Source: Mantamonas sphyraenae STR306 (taxonomy: Eukaryota; Protista; CRuMs). From it: 64,000 bases of DNA. Shown in pieces: positions 1-11,848 of the stretch. The translations under genes and the position numbers were made by a program. The first letter of the stretch is position 1. Each line of letters begins with the position of its first letter. The notes beneath the pieces were generated by a model. It saw nothing but the letters and a program-made list of their open reading frames with translations, searched no databases and was not told the DNA's origin. Location of the stretch: assembly GCA_026936335.1 (NCBI GenBank), contig JAPMXV010000055.1:186001-250000 (forward strand), read 5' to 3'.

Positions 1-911
1 ACCAAGGGCCGTGTCGGCACCGCGACCGGATCGGGATCGGGATCGGGATCGGGATCCGCAGCAACGGCGACACCTGGCGGTGCTGCCTCGGGTGGCAATG
101 CCACAGTGCGACAGGAAAGTGTGGCAAGTATGGTTTCGGTGGGACTTCAGTCGCCCCAAACAGATCGTCGCAAAGACCGTGTTGCAGCGCAACGGCTGGC
201 ATTGCAGTCGAAAGGAGTGGAGATGCACCGAGGAAGCACACCGCCGCGACCCATGCTACTCGGTGAGTACATGGCCAAGTTTGAGGAGATCGATTTCCCA
301 TGGTGCAGCTGGAGGCCAGCCAAGGTGCGGGCCGTGGGCGACACAGGAAGAAGCGCAAGGGCAAGGGCAAGGGAAAGGGCAAGCGCAGGCGCAAGGGAGG
401 CCACCAACACATGAAACATGCAGACGAAGGGGAGATGTTGGAGGAGGAGGAGGAGGAAGAGGAGGGGCAGCGCAACACCACCATCAGCACCACATCCCAA
501 TCCCAATCCCAACGCAGCCCGCGGCAGGCGGTACGTGACCCAGAAGCAATCAGTGCAGCACAGCTGCGATGGAGACACATGGAACATCGTGCTGGTGCGG
601 CAGTGGCCGATGGAAGTTCGTCGTCGCCGCGACGCCGAGGCAGGCGAAGACACAAAGTGCAAGCCAACTTTCCACTGCCGCTCCTGGAGACAGTGTCGGC
701 GAGCGAGCGACGTGTGGGCGAACACAGGGCTGCGTTTGCATCGTCCAAACAGGAGCGAGACTACACTCTGGCAGCCACGCGACAGGTGGAGCGACGCGGC
801 GGACGCACGCTGGATCTCCAGCGTTTGCAGAATGTGTTGCATCAAACCAACGACATGACGGGCAACCGTGCCGAAGAGCGACTCAACGTGCCCCATCTGC
901 CGTTGTTGTGA
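1..911 (+). CDS. 3' part of a hypothetical low-complexity basic/acidic protein; 5' end lies outside the window; probable frameshift at ~294-299
   Basis: Frame 1 is open from base 1 (GS repeat ... LLGEYMAKFEEID). The protein-like reading continues in the 300..911 frame (MVQLEASQG...RKKRKGKGKGK...poly-E...NVPHLPLL*). One extra base in TTTCCC joins the two frames. Confidence 0.5.
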
Positions 912-1000
912 GATGGCGATGATGAAGATGGGTGGCAATGATGGAGAGAAACGGCAGGGGTTGCGACGGCGCAGCCATCCCTCCCACAGCAGAAAAAGCA

Positions 1001-2500
1001 ATGGACAAAATCGCCCAGATGAAGATGCCGACCAGTGCGTCGACTGGCCTGAAGATCCTCGGTGGCCTGGTTGCGTTGGGAGTGACGGTGAACGAGTCGC
1101 TGTACAACGTGGAGGGTGGTTATCGTGCCGTCGTCTTCAACCGCTTCACGGGCGTCTCCCAGGACGTGTATGGCGAAGGCACCCATCTGCGTATTCCCCT
1201 CGTAGACTACCCGTACATCTTTGACGTGCGCACCAAGGTCCGTTCACTTGCTGCCGCCCCCAATCCCGCCCTTTGTCACACCGACTCACACACACACGCA
1301 CACACAGCCGCGCCAGTTCACCTCGCTGACCGGGAGCCGAGGTACGTGGTTACCCTTGGATTGTGAATAACCATGGGCAGAGTCTGGTTTGGGACGGGGG
1401 GGATTGGGGGACTTGCATATGGCCAGATTGGAGGGAAAGGGAGAGGAAGAGCGGACGGAAGCCGCGATTTCAGTCGAATTTCCTGAGGGGGAAGCGCCGC
1501 GTGGCCGGTTTGACTGACACAGAGCACACGTGGACACACGAAACACAGACCTGCAGATGGTGAACATCACCATGCGTGTGTTGACCAAGCCCGTGGTGGA
1601 GAAGCTGCCGCAGATCTACCAGACGCTGGGCCCGCAGTACGACGAGACGGTGCTGCCTTCGGTGGTGCACGAAGTGGTCAAGGGCGTGGTGGCGCAGTTC
1701 AACGCCTCGCAACTGACCACACAGCGTGAACAGGTGAGTTTTGTGTGGCATGGGAGGTATGCAAAACGACGTGAAGGAGGGTGCCGTGGCCCACACAGTC
1801 CATGACAAGGCCGGACGGATGCTGGTGAAAGTGGCCGCATGTGACTGGCTCGATTCCTCTCTTTCTCCTCTCTCTCTCTCACACACACACACACACGCAC
1901 ACTCTCTCTCTCTCTCTCTGTTCACAGGTGTCGCGTCTGATTCGCCGACGCATGATCCAACGCTGCAGGGACTTTCACATTGTGATGGACGACGTGTCGA
2001 TCACACACCTGAGCTTCGGGCGGGACTACGCGGCGGCTGTGGAGGCCAAGCAGGTGGCTGCACAGGAGGCGGAGCGAGCCCGGTTCATTGTGGACAAGGC
2101 CAACCAGACGAAGCGCTCCATCATCATCCGCGCCGAGGGTGAGGCACGCAGTGCACAGCTCATTGGTGAGGCCATCAAGAACAACCCGGGGTTCCTGCAG
2201 CTGCGTCGCATCGAGGCTGCACGTGAGATTGCAAGCACCATGGCAAAGTCGTACAACCGCGTTTACCTCAACTCCGACTCGCTGCTGGTCAATGTCATGG
2301 CTCTGAGTGCCTTTGATCTGGACGAAAACGCAAAGATGGAGGAGGCCATCGCACGCGGTCCCTACGAGGCCGAGGAGAAGGTGACCGGCGCAAATGCCCT
2401 TGCCAACATGTTGGGTGACGAGGGGTCGTCATCCTCATCCTCATCCTCTTCATCGTCGTCGTCCTCTTCCTCCTCTTCCAAGGGCAAGGGCAAAGCATGA
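1001..2500 (+). CDS. PHB2: Prohibitin-2 (SPFH family); exons 1001-1237, 1308-1341, 1549-1733, 1928-2500
   Basis: The spliced protein reads [19 protein letters not shown]...IFDVRTK|[12 protein letters not shown]|[11 protein letters not shown]...[16 protein letters not shown]|VSRLIRR...[11 protein letters not shown]...[15 protein letters not shown]...[23 protein letters not shown]...[11 protein letters not shown]. All three GT-AG introns are phase-consistent. Confidence 0.95.
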
Positions 2501-2539
2501 GCACACAATCCAATCCAATGCAATAACACAAACACCACT

Positions 2540-3871
2540 TCAATCTGCATCATGGCACTCGTCCACACTCTGCTCCCAGGTCTGACGCACATTCTTGTCG
2601 TTGAGGCGTTTGAGCCACTGCTTCCAGGACTCTTGGCGGATGCGTTTGCCGTTGTAGCTGAGGACGACGTGCCACTTGCCCGCGGCAGGGTCCTTGTGCA
2701 ACTCCAGGAGCATGGCAGAAGCATACGGTGGCCATTGGTTGTCATAGGCATCGAATATGTGCAGGAGAGGCCCGAGTGTCGTGTCATGGCCACTGTACAA
2801 CCACAATTGCGGGCTGGTGGGACTCTGGACAGCCATGTGGCCATGGACATGCTGTTCGAAATTGGCCACGAGTTCGTGGACAAACAAACCCATGGTCATG
2901 CGCTGCATGGCTGTGTCCTCCCACATGTGGGCCATCCAGTACTCGGCGGCGTCAAAGATGGCGCGGGCAGTGGTTGTGTTGACGTCGGGAGGCAATGGTT
3001 TGCCATGGTTGGCTCTACAGTTGAGATTGTCGTACAGATCCGTCCACTGCACACGGGCATCGAGTGGCAACCCGAGGGCGGCACGGAGAGCCTTCATGGT
3101 GGGCGAGGCCTCAAACTCCTCCCAGGGCTGTGTTTGTGTCTTTGCGTGCATGAGGGTGGCCACGGCGGGACAGCGTCGCTTGTTGGGAAACAGGTACTCC
3201 TCTTCAAGCTCCACGGTGTGCACAGGCACCACCGTGGGAGAGTTGTCGTCGGGAAACAGACCCTGCAGCAAGGATTCGACACTCTCCACCGTGCGTGGGA
3301 TGTCACTGCTTCGCACACGCACCCTGTGCACGTCCAGAGTGTCGCCGAGGAAGGGACGGAAGCGGTTGCGCAGCATCCGGCCCAAGGCGCGGTGTTGCGC
3401 ACGTCCCTGCGCGGTCAGCTGGCCCGGATAGCACGTGCCGCGCAACTGGCCACCCTGTGTGCTGAGATAGCGTTTGTGAAAGACTCTGTGAGTGGGTGTG
3501 AGTTCTGCCGCGGCCTGGTCGTTGCGTCGGGCCTCAAACTCGTCGGCAATCCAGCTGTTCCACGTGGTCACGCCAAATTCGGGGGCAGGCTGATCCAGGT
3601 AGGCGGCGTCGTAGGGTCCCTGTCGCACGGGGATGGAACACAGCTGGACGGGTTGGCAGTTCCACACGTCGTGTTGGTCCTGGGCGTAGGGCCAGGGACG
3701 GATGGGAGCGCGGTCGCCGTGCCGGATGATGACCTGCACGGCACGCAGTGTGTCGATGCCCTCCACCTGTTGGGTCATGTTTGCAAACGCAGACGGCAGC
3801 AGGGCGGACACACAGACGATGGCCACGCAGGAGAGGCAGGCAAAGAGTGACAACCGTTTGACCTGGGCCAT
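2540..3871 (-). CDS. Secreted/lysosomal histidine acid phosphatase (branch 2)
   Basis: Signal peptide MAQVKRLSLFACLSCVAIVCVSALLPSAFA. Catalytic RHGDRAP motif, GQLTAQG, RSSDIPRTVES and the HD motif YSGHDTT are present. The start could lie further upstream. Confidence 0.9.
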   Translation of the reverse strand: MAQVKRLSLFACLSCVAIVCVSALLPSAFANMTQQVEGIDTLRAVQVIIRHGDRAPIRPWPYAQDQHDVWNCQPVQLCSIPVRQGPYDAAYLDQPAPEFGVTTWNSWIADEFEARRNDQAAAELTPTHRVFHKRYLSTQGGQLRGTCYPGQLTAQGRAQHRALGRMLRNRFRPFLGDTLDVHRVRVRSSDIPRTVESVESLLQGLFPDDNSPTVVPVHTVELEEEYLFPNKRRCPAVATLMHAKTQTQPWEEFEASPTMKALRAALGLPLDARVQWTDLYDNLNCRANHGKPLPPDVNTTTARAIFDAAEYWMAHMWEDTAMQRMTMGLFVHELVANFEQHVHGHMAVQSPTSPQLWLYSGHDTTLGPLLHIFDAYDNQWPPYASAMLLELHKDPAAGKWHVVLSYNGKRIRQESWKQWLKRLNDKNVRQTWEQSVDECHDAD

Positions 3872-4190
3872 GGTGGACGCAGAGGACAACGATTGCTTGG
3901 TGTGTTGGGACGATGCGACGGTGGCTGAATGTTGCAGGTGCCCACTGTGGCCGGGAGCGTCTTCGGGGTCGTCCTGATCAACGGGCAGGTAGCGCGAGGG
4001 GCGGATGATGGGTGAGGGTGGGGTTGGTTGCATGAGGGGGTGCGGGGAACACACACACATGCGCCTAACCCCCTCCCACCCCCTCCATCCACCACCACTT
4101 CCCATCCCCACCTCGTTTCTGCGCTGGCAAAGTGCGCGGCGTGGTGCAACCGTCTCCGCCGAACACTCTTTCGCTTTTTCTTTCGCTCAG

Positions 4191-5800
4191 ATGTCCTCCA
4201 CTGCCATCACGGAACTGCCGGAGGAGACACTCCTGAAGGTTTTCAACATGTTGCCTGTGTCGGACCGGCTGACGTGTCAGCAGGTGTGCAAGGCGTGGAA
4301 CGAGCTGCTGGAGCAGCCGGGGGCGTGGTCCACCGTCGTGTTCACCCCGCTCAAGTACAAGGTAGGCCATCGACGAGGGGCAGATGACGTGGCTCTCGTA
4401 TTGGCTGCCACTGTGTGCACGCTGCACACGCACATGTGGCCTGTAGAAACGCCGGGGTGGCCCGCACACACGCGCTTTTCCTTGAGCCGAGTCGTGTTTG
4501 CCCTCTTGTTTAGCTTTCCCCCACTCACACACACGCACGCACGCGCACACACTCACACGCACATCCACAGCTGTCGAACCAGGCTCTGGAGTCGATGGGC
4601 AGCAAGCTGTCGGCTGTGCACGAGCTGGATCTGCGCGGATGCTTCAAGCTGGACTCGAGTGCGATCGCCTCCCTGATCGCGAATTCTGGCAATGTGCGCT
4701 CGCTCTCGCTGGTCGGCCTGACGAGTGTGAAGAACACGCTGCTGTCCGTGATTGGCGATAACTGTCCCAAGCTCGCCTACCTCGATGTTGTACGTTGTGT
4801 GTGGCCAGGGGAGGCTCGGAAGGGTGGTGGCGTTGCGTGCGGCAGAGAGGTCCACCGCCGCTTTTTTCGCCTTTGCGTCGTCGGGTGCCGTGGAGGGCAG
4901 GGAGGCAGACGAGGGCCTGCAGCACACGCGGCAGCCAGGTGTTTGGTGCATGAGATAGGGCGTGGATGATGTGGAGGCGATGGGAGAGGGCGGTGACGAG
5001 TGGGAGGGACGAGAGAAGAAAGGCTGACACGCAAAGAGGGATGATTGGCTTGTGGGGGACCCAACCCAAAAACGACGGAAAAACTCACCGCATTGCAGTC
5101 GCAATGTACAGATGTGACCGGGACTGGCCTGGTGGAAATGGCCAAGGGCTGTCAGGAGCTGGAGTACCTGGGCCTGCGTGCATTTAGCCACCAGCAACGC
5201 TTCAGCAACTTTGCAAAGAGCGACGTGTGCCTGCCGAAGCTGGCCACGCTGGACATCAGCTCGTCGCAAATCGGCCTGGTGGACCTGAAGCACCTGACAC
5301 CGGAACGCTTTCCGTCACTGGGCAAGCTGGAGATGTTCTTTGCGGCGTCGGTGGCCAACCTGGCCATTGAGAGTGTGACGACCCACTTCAAGCTGTGGTC
5401 GCTGGACATTTCCATGTGTCTGAACGTGAGCGACGACGGCATGACGTCGCTGGCCACCTCTCCCTGTGCCCAGACCCTGCAGTACCTGGATCTGGGTGGA
5501 TGCCACCGTATCACGCCTCGAGGCATCGAGGTGGTGACCCTGTGCTGCGCCCAGATGCGTTGGTTCTTCCTGGACGACGTGCCTGCCGTCAACGACGACT
5601 GCATGGTCAGCATTGCCGGCAACATGAAGCTGCTCAAGCGACTGGACGTGCGCAACTGCAGCATGGTTTCGGACGAGGGGGCCACTGCCCTGGCAAAGGG
5701 CTGCCCCGATCTGCGTCTCCTGGACGTGGAAAACACCAGCTGCACCAAGGATGCCCTGGAGGAGGCCTTTAACGGTTCCAACACTGTCATCAAGCTTTGA
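4191..5800 (+). CDS. F-box/leucine-rich-repeat protein (FBXL-like); exons 4191-4361, 4571-4789, 5099-5800
   Basis: F-box motif LPEETLLKVFNMLPVSDRLTCQQVCKAWNEL, followed by cysteine-containing LRRs (LDLRGCFKL, LDISMCLNVSDDG, LDLGGCHRITPRG, LDVRNCSMVSDEG). Introns are phase 0, GT-AG. Confidence 0.9.
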
Positions 5801-5965
5801 TTGTGTGTGTTTTGTGTGTGTGTGGGCGACAATGGGATTGGATGCAACGGGCGATGAACTGGTTTTTTCTTTCGAAACGGTGCTCCACATTCACTCCTCT
5901 CTGGCTTGGTTTTGGGTGGTGGAAGCAAGGAGGGGTCAGGGGGAGGATTGTTGGACACTTGAGCG

Positions 5966-7506
5966 TTACAGAACCTCTTCGGGGGTGGCACGGCTGACCT
6001 TGTAGTTGACGTTGACGAGGGGCTGGTAACCAAAGATCTCCACCAGACGCTGCATGCACATGTTGCGCTTCTCGTAGTGGCCTCCCTGGCGGTTGAGTCC
6101 CTCGTGGTGGCCCTTCTTGTTCTCAAACTGCAGATGCTCGGTGCGCCCGTCCACGGTGGGACTGGACACGAGAACGGGACCCGTTCGTGTGTGGTTGCTG
6201 ATCATATACGGGAGGACCAGATCCTCGCAGTTGCGTGTCTCGTCGACGAGATCGCGCGCCTCCTTGGGCATTTCGTAGGTGTAGATGTCGTTGAATCTAC
6301 GGTGCATGTAGATGGCCGAATCGAGGACAATGGAGAATTCGGCTGGGTCCTTGCCCAGGTAGACGGCGTCACCAGACGTGCCTTCCGTGTAGCAGTTCTG
6401 CGAATAGTGCCACTTGCCGTCGATTTTGCTGCTGCACTTGTCCGGATAGGTGGGGAACTGCGAGTGACCGCGTGGGTAGAAGCCAATCAGCCGGTCTCTG
6501 TGCTGCTGCCAGATGCTGAAGCCGTATTCCAGGTCTGCAATGGGGATTTCGATGTCGTCGTCCACGTTGAACACACAGTCCGTCTCAATGAGAGCATTGG
6601 GGCGGAAGCGGTTGTTCAGCGTGTTGACCTTTTCCCGCAGGATGAAGAACGGCTTTGAGCCGGCCTCAAAGTACGATGGATCCGGGGGGGTCTCCTCCAG
6701 ATTGTTCCAACTCAGCAGGATTTTGTCGACCTGTGGGTGTTGTGCACAGCCATGTGTGCAGCGACGGGTGGCGCACGGGGTGTTGCGGTCGGCTGTCAGG
6801 AGGAGCATCGCTCACACAAAGTCACGCGCGCAACATACGCTGCCGTGGGCAGGCACGACGATAAGGAGACGGGCTGGGAGAGGGTCCGATGGCATGCGCA
6901 CACGTACCTTTTCGCTCTTGCTGTAGTGTTTGACGAGGCGACGGGCTGTGGGGAATGGGGTGGGGGCAAGGGCGGAAGCCGCCGGTTGGAGCATGCGACG
7001 TCAGCAGCAGGGACAGCGAGACAAAGGCCCATGGCAAGGGTGGACACATGGAACGAACCGAGTTCTGTGCGATCGTAGTTCAGAATGAAGATGGTGAACT
7101 TTTCGTTGTCGTCAATGCCTCGCTTGGCCCAGAATGGGCTCTGATAGAAAGGCAAAGGGTCGGGGTCACGGGTTTTGGTGACTGCCGAGTCAGCGGACTG
7201 GGAAGGGCGGAACAAAAACACTGGGTTGCAAAACAGGCGGGGTTGGTTGCGCAGAGTGCAGAGATGCAACACGGGCTCACAACACGCATTGGTCAAACAA
7301 CGTACGAGGTCGTTGCCATTGGGGGCAGTGATGGGTGCGTTGGTGAGCTTTGTGGGCCGATGGGAGGTGCGAGACGGAAGCGAACCGCCCACAATAAAGA
7401 CGAGGTTGAGCATGATGGAGCAGGCAGCAAGCACAATCATCATCTGTGCATTCTGCTGCACCCAGATGACAAGCTGCATGGGACGCGGTGCCTTCTTGCC
7501 GAGCAT
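5966..7506 (-). CDS. Glycosyltransferase family 64 (EXTL2/EPC1-like), type II membrane protein; exons ~7506-7306, 7197-7059, 6945-6908, 6730-5966
   Basis: N-terminal TM segment (MMIVLAACSIMLNLVFIVG). GT64 motifs KFTIFILNYDR, ILLSWNN, NTLNNRFRP, the DxD motif VDDDI, DRLIGFYPRGH, RNCEDL and HYEKRNMC...IFGYQPL. Confidence 0.88.
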
Positions 7507-7732
7507 GGAGGAGAGAATGTTGGCAAAGTCGGCGCGCACACTCGGCTCTCGTCGTCCGGCACACACGTGCACAAGCCAGCGTGGGGGTCACCCCCCCCCC
7601 CACCCCACCTTCCATCTTCCCTCTTGCACCCCATGTGTGATCAGTACCAGGTGCGCATGTTGCCATGGTGAGAGTGTGTGTGTGGTGCTCAGTGCTCAGC
7701 GCACCGCGTGGCAATCCAAACCAGTGACGACG

Positions 7733-10005
7733 ATGTCTGAATCACCGCCGCCCGTGCCTCCTCGCTACTCGATCATGACCGGTAGCAACAGCTCTGGTCT
7801 GGACGACGATGAAGACGACGCCCCGCCGCCCGTGCCCCAGCGCCAGTCGATCATGGTGAACAACTCGAGCAGCAGCAGCAGCGGGCAATCGAGCTCGTCG
7901 CTGGCCTCGGGTGGTTCCTCCAACTCGAGCCTGGACACACAGGGCGATGGCGAGCTGCAAATCAAGGTCGGCAAGGTCGTCGGCTCCAAGGAGAACCTGA
8001 TTGCCCAGTCGGGTGAATCTGGCAAGAGCGACAAGAAGGGCCTCAAGTCGTTCTTCAGCAGTGCGTTTGCCTCATTTTCCCCTCTCGCCCTCTGCGTGGA
8101 AGCACGCGCCACACACGCTCGTGGCCGCCCATAGACTGACACAACCAACATGACATGCACCACACCTTGCCTGGGGGCTCATTGTCTGCTTCTGAATCTT
8201 GCTGCGTACAGAGAAAAAGGGTATGTTTTCCGCAGGGCCAACGGGCGCCAAGCCGCCATTTTCCCCTCCCATCAAGGCTTGCAGCGTGTGCTGACACGGC
8301 TTTGCGTCCCCACCCTACGCGTGTGCACCCATCCCACAGACAAGAAGAACTTGGACATCGGAACGCCGTTTGATTTCAAGCACAACGTGCACGTGACCTT
8401 TGACACGTCCGGCAACTTTCAGGCACGTTTTGAAATCTCACTTGAAACCCAAATCGCCGCTTGCCAACTTTTGCGAACCGGCCCAGCACCGTGGTATGGG
8501 ACTGACACGGACCACACACACACACACACCCGCTTGCGCACAAACACACGCGCATCGCACACGGGGACACACACACACACACACACGCACACACGCACGC
8601 ACACAGGGTCTGCCCCAGCAGTGGGAGGTGCTGCTGCAGAACTCGGGCATCTCCAAGGACGAACAACAGGAGAACCCGCAGGCCATCATCGATGTGATGA
8701 CGACGTACGACCAGCTGCAGGAGAACCAGAATGCAGGGTACGATTACCTGGAGGATCCGGAGCTGCCGGACAGCGCTGGCAACGAGAAGCTGGAGGACCT
8801 CGTGGACAAAGAGGACCCACACAAGATCTTCACCGACTTTAAGAAGGTGGGCGAGGGAGCCTCGGGCAGCGTGTTCCTGGCCACGCACATCCCCACAAAC
8901 AGCCCTGTGGCGCTGAAGAAGATCGACATGACGAACGAGCAGAACATGAAGCTGGTGGTGGCTGAGATCAGCCACATGAAGAAGAACAAGCACCCGAACA
9001 TCGTCAACTTCTATGGCTCCTATCTCACGGGCAACGAGATCTGGGTGGCTATGGAGTATATGGACGGCGGTAACCTGACGGACATTGTGACCGGCGACTA
9101 CCGCATGAAGGAGAGCGAGATTGCGCACGTGTGCCAGTCGGTCAGCGAGGCGCTGGCGTACATGCACGGCTTTGGCACCATCCATCGCGACATCAAGTCG
9201 GACAACATCCTTCTCAACACAAAGGGCGAGGTCAAGCTGGCCGACTTTGGATACGTGGCCCAGCTCACCAAGGACCAGGACAAGCGCAACTCGGTCGTCG
9301 GTACCCCGTACTGGATGGCTCCCGAGCTCGTGCGCGGCCAGAACTACGACTACAAGGTAAGCTTGGTGCAGAGTGTATGCGTGTGAAGTGCCTGTGTTTG
9401 TGTCTTTGTGTGTGCTTGTGCTTGTGCTTGTGCTTGTGCGCTAAAGGGGAGGAGTACCGTGTGGGTGACGAGACAACGTCTTCATTTTAGAATCACTTTT
9501 GTCGTAGCAGGAAACACCAAACCAAATACGCAGTGACGACAATATTGACATATCACCACTCATAATCCGACACACGATCTCCTTCCATGGTGCCACGGCG
9601 GTGCATGTGTGCGACGGGATGGCGTGTTTTTTTGCGAGGGGGTTTGGGTTGGCGAGTGTGGACACGCTTTTGCTGACGATTCGCTCTCCTTGTATGTTAT
9701 GCACACCTCAGGTCGACGTCTGGTCGCTGGGCATCATGGCCATCGAGATGGTGGAAGGCGAGCCACCTTACCTTGAGCTGCCGCCGATCCGTGCGCTGTT
9801 CATGATCGCCACGAACGGCACACCGGAGCTGCAGCACCCGGAGCGTCTGAGCGCAAACCTGAAGGATTGCCTGGCTTCCATGCTGGCTGTGGACACCGAG
9901 GAGCGCATCTCTGCGGTCAACCTCCTCGACCACCCGTTCCTGGAGAGCGCCTGCGCTCCCAGCGACTTTGCAAAGGTTGTCCAGCGCTATGGCGCCAAGA
10001 ACTAA
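7733..10005 (+). CDS. PAK/STE20-family Ser/Thr kinase with CRIB domain; exons 7733-8060, 8340-8422, 8607-9356, 9712-10005
   Basis: Pro-rich PPPVPPR motifs and the CRIB segment [20 protein letters not shown]|GLPQQW. Kinase motifs [24 protein letters not shown], the STE20 signature GTPYWMAPE, and [19 protein letters not shown]. Confidence 0.95.
8423..8606 (+). other. Non-canonical GC-AG intron in the PAK gene
   Basis: The donor is CAG|GCACGT and the acceptor is (CA)n CAG|GGT. Removing the intron gives the conserved CRIB junction GNFQ-GLPQQW in frame. Confidence 0.75.
8517..8606 (+). repeat. (CA)n microsatellite tracts near intron 3' ends; similar tracts at ~1287-1307, 1879-1902, 38777-38796 and 52297-52345
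   Basis: The CA repeats are directly visible, mostly just upstream of CAG acceptors. Confidence 0.85.
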
Positions 10006-10108
10006 GTGTGCTGTGCTGTGCTGTGCTGTGAAGCAAGGCACAAAATGGAAACAAAAAAGAAACACAAGCAATTCCAGGGTGATTCTCCTTTTCATTCGGT
10101 GTGTGTAT

Positions 10109-11665
10109 CTACGAGGCGGCGACCGAAGAAGCTGCGTCTGCGGCCACGGCCACGGTGGCCTCGCCAATGCGATGAAGGACAGGCATGTCTTTGAGGGAAG
10201 CAGCAGAGGTGTTGAATGCGCCCAAGCCGCCCATGACGGAAAACAACACAATGAGAAAGATGGCAAGGAGGCAGCACATCTTCTTGCGAGCAGCCTTTTG
10301 CGAGCGCACAGCACTCTGCATCTTCTTGACTCCCGAGCCAGTGTACTCGGCGGCCTTCATGACGTTGGACTCGACGACGTTGAGCATCTCGCCCTGCTCC
10401 TCCACCAGCACGGCCATGTCGCGGAACAGTTGGTTCAACTCAATCAACGATTTGGCCAGCTTCTCCATCTCCTCGTGCTGCATCTCAATATTCTGGATGG
10501 CATCGTTGAGTTTGGCCGACGGCTTGTGCGTGATGGCCTCCTTGAAGAACTCCGAGTTGCCACTTTCGATCACGGCGTCGATCTCCTCCTCCGTAGCATC
10601 CGATTTCACTGTTGTTGTGTGGTGTGTGGTGTGTGACGTGGGATGGCACGGGCACCCGCACGTGCATTCCAACATGAGTCAGTGACTGTGATGAGATTTG
10701 GCGGAGGGCGACTGGAACACAAACAACCAGCACGCGCGCGCGAGGCGAGGGGATGCGCGCAGATGGCAGTGTGGGCAATTTCCCCTCTCAAAACGCACCA
10801 TACTTGTACTGGCGTGCAATCTTGTCCCTGTTGCGCTCCTGAAAGGTGCTCTGCAGCCCCTGGTACTCGCCCACGAGGTCGACAAACTTGCGCGTGAGGG
10901 AGGCGTTCATGTTGCTGCGGATGCGGTAGTCGGCGGTGCGTGTCGTGTCGTTCTTCATGGCGTCGTTTTCGTTCTTCATGTCCTGCAGCTTCTTCTTGAT
11001 GCGCTGCACCACCTCGTCTGTTTGTGTCCGGTACGATTCAATCTGCGCGTTGTAGTCTGAGGGGTGGGTGGTGGTGCGGTGCGCATGGAACGCGGTGGCA
11101 CAAACACACGAGGGCGTCGCGGGTGTCCGTTTTAGTCAACACTCTGTCCCACCGTCCATTCGCGTGCACGGGACACATTGCCCATTGGCACACGCCTGGT
11201 CCCTCTGTCTGTCTCTCCCCTTGCCTCCCATGCCCACACACATGTGTGGAGGATGCCCCATGGGCGGTGGTGTGTGGCCGACGGCGACGCCGGGTTGGGT
11301 TGCGTTCCAGCGTCCACACAGCACCCACACACATCACTTCAAGCACAACACGGCGTCCACTCACCATCAATGGCTGATTGGGCCACGGCCGTCATGGCGT
11401 TGTCAAAGGCCGACTGCATGGCCTGGACGTTATTGCGGACAGTGCCCATGTCCTGGTTGATTTCTCGGACGACGTTGAAAAACGCGGCCATCTGCTCCTC
11501 GGCAGGCGACTTTGCGGCGCCAGATGCCTGTTGGCCTCCCTGGCCAGCTTCGACATCGACCAGCTCGATATCAGCGGTGGAGCCGCCCCCGGAGCTGGAT
11601 GATGACGACGACGACGATGCCACGTCTGTGTTTGCGCGCAGTGCTGCCAACCTGTCCTGACTCAT
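10109..11665 (-). CDS. Plasma-membrane-type syntaxin (Qa-SNARE, syntaxin-1/SYP1 class), 3 exons
   Basis: N-peptide MSQDRLAAL and Habc segment ADYRIRSNMNASLTRKFVDLVGEYQGLQ. SNARE motif IEMQHEEMEKLAKSLIELNQLFRDMAVLVEEQGEMLNVVE, followed by ARKKMCC and a C-terminal TM. Confidence 0.93.
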
Positions 11666-11848
11666 CGCGGTTTCTGCTGGCTGCCCCAGCGGGGACGCCC
11701 TTGGAGGAGAAGGGAGGGTTGGAGGCAAGGAGAGAGAGTGAGAGAGAGATGGTGTGTGTGTGAGAGAGAGAGTGAGGCAGCAATTGAATGGTGGTGGCAG
11801 AGATGCCAGAACAGCGCAGTGGGAGGCAAGGTGCACAGAACGACGACG

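Noticed and set aside
28-57. (GGATCG)5 repeat as a telomere-like or regulatory repeat
   Set aside because: It is in frame as a Gly-Ser linker within the first ORF.
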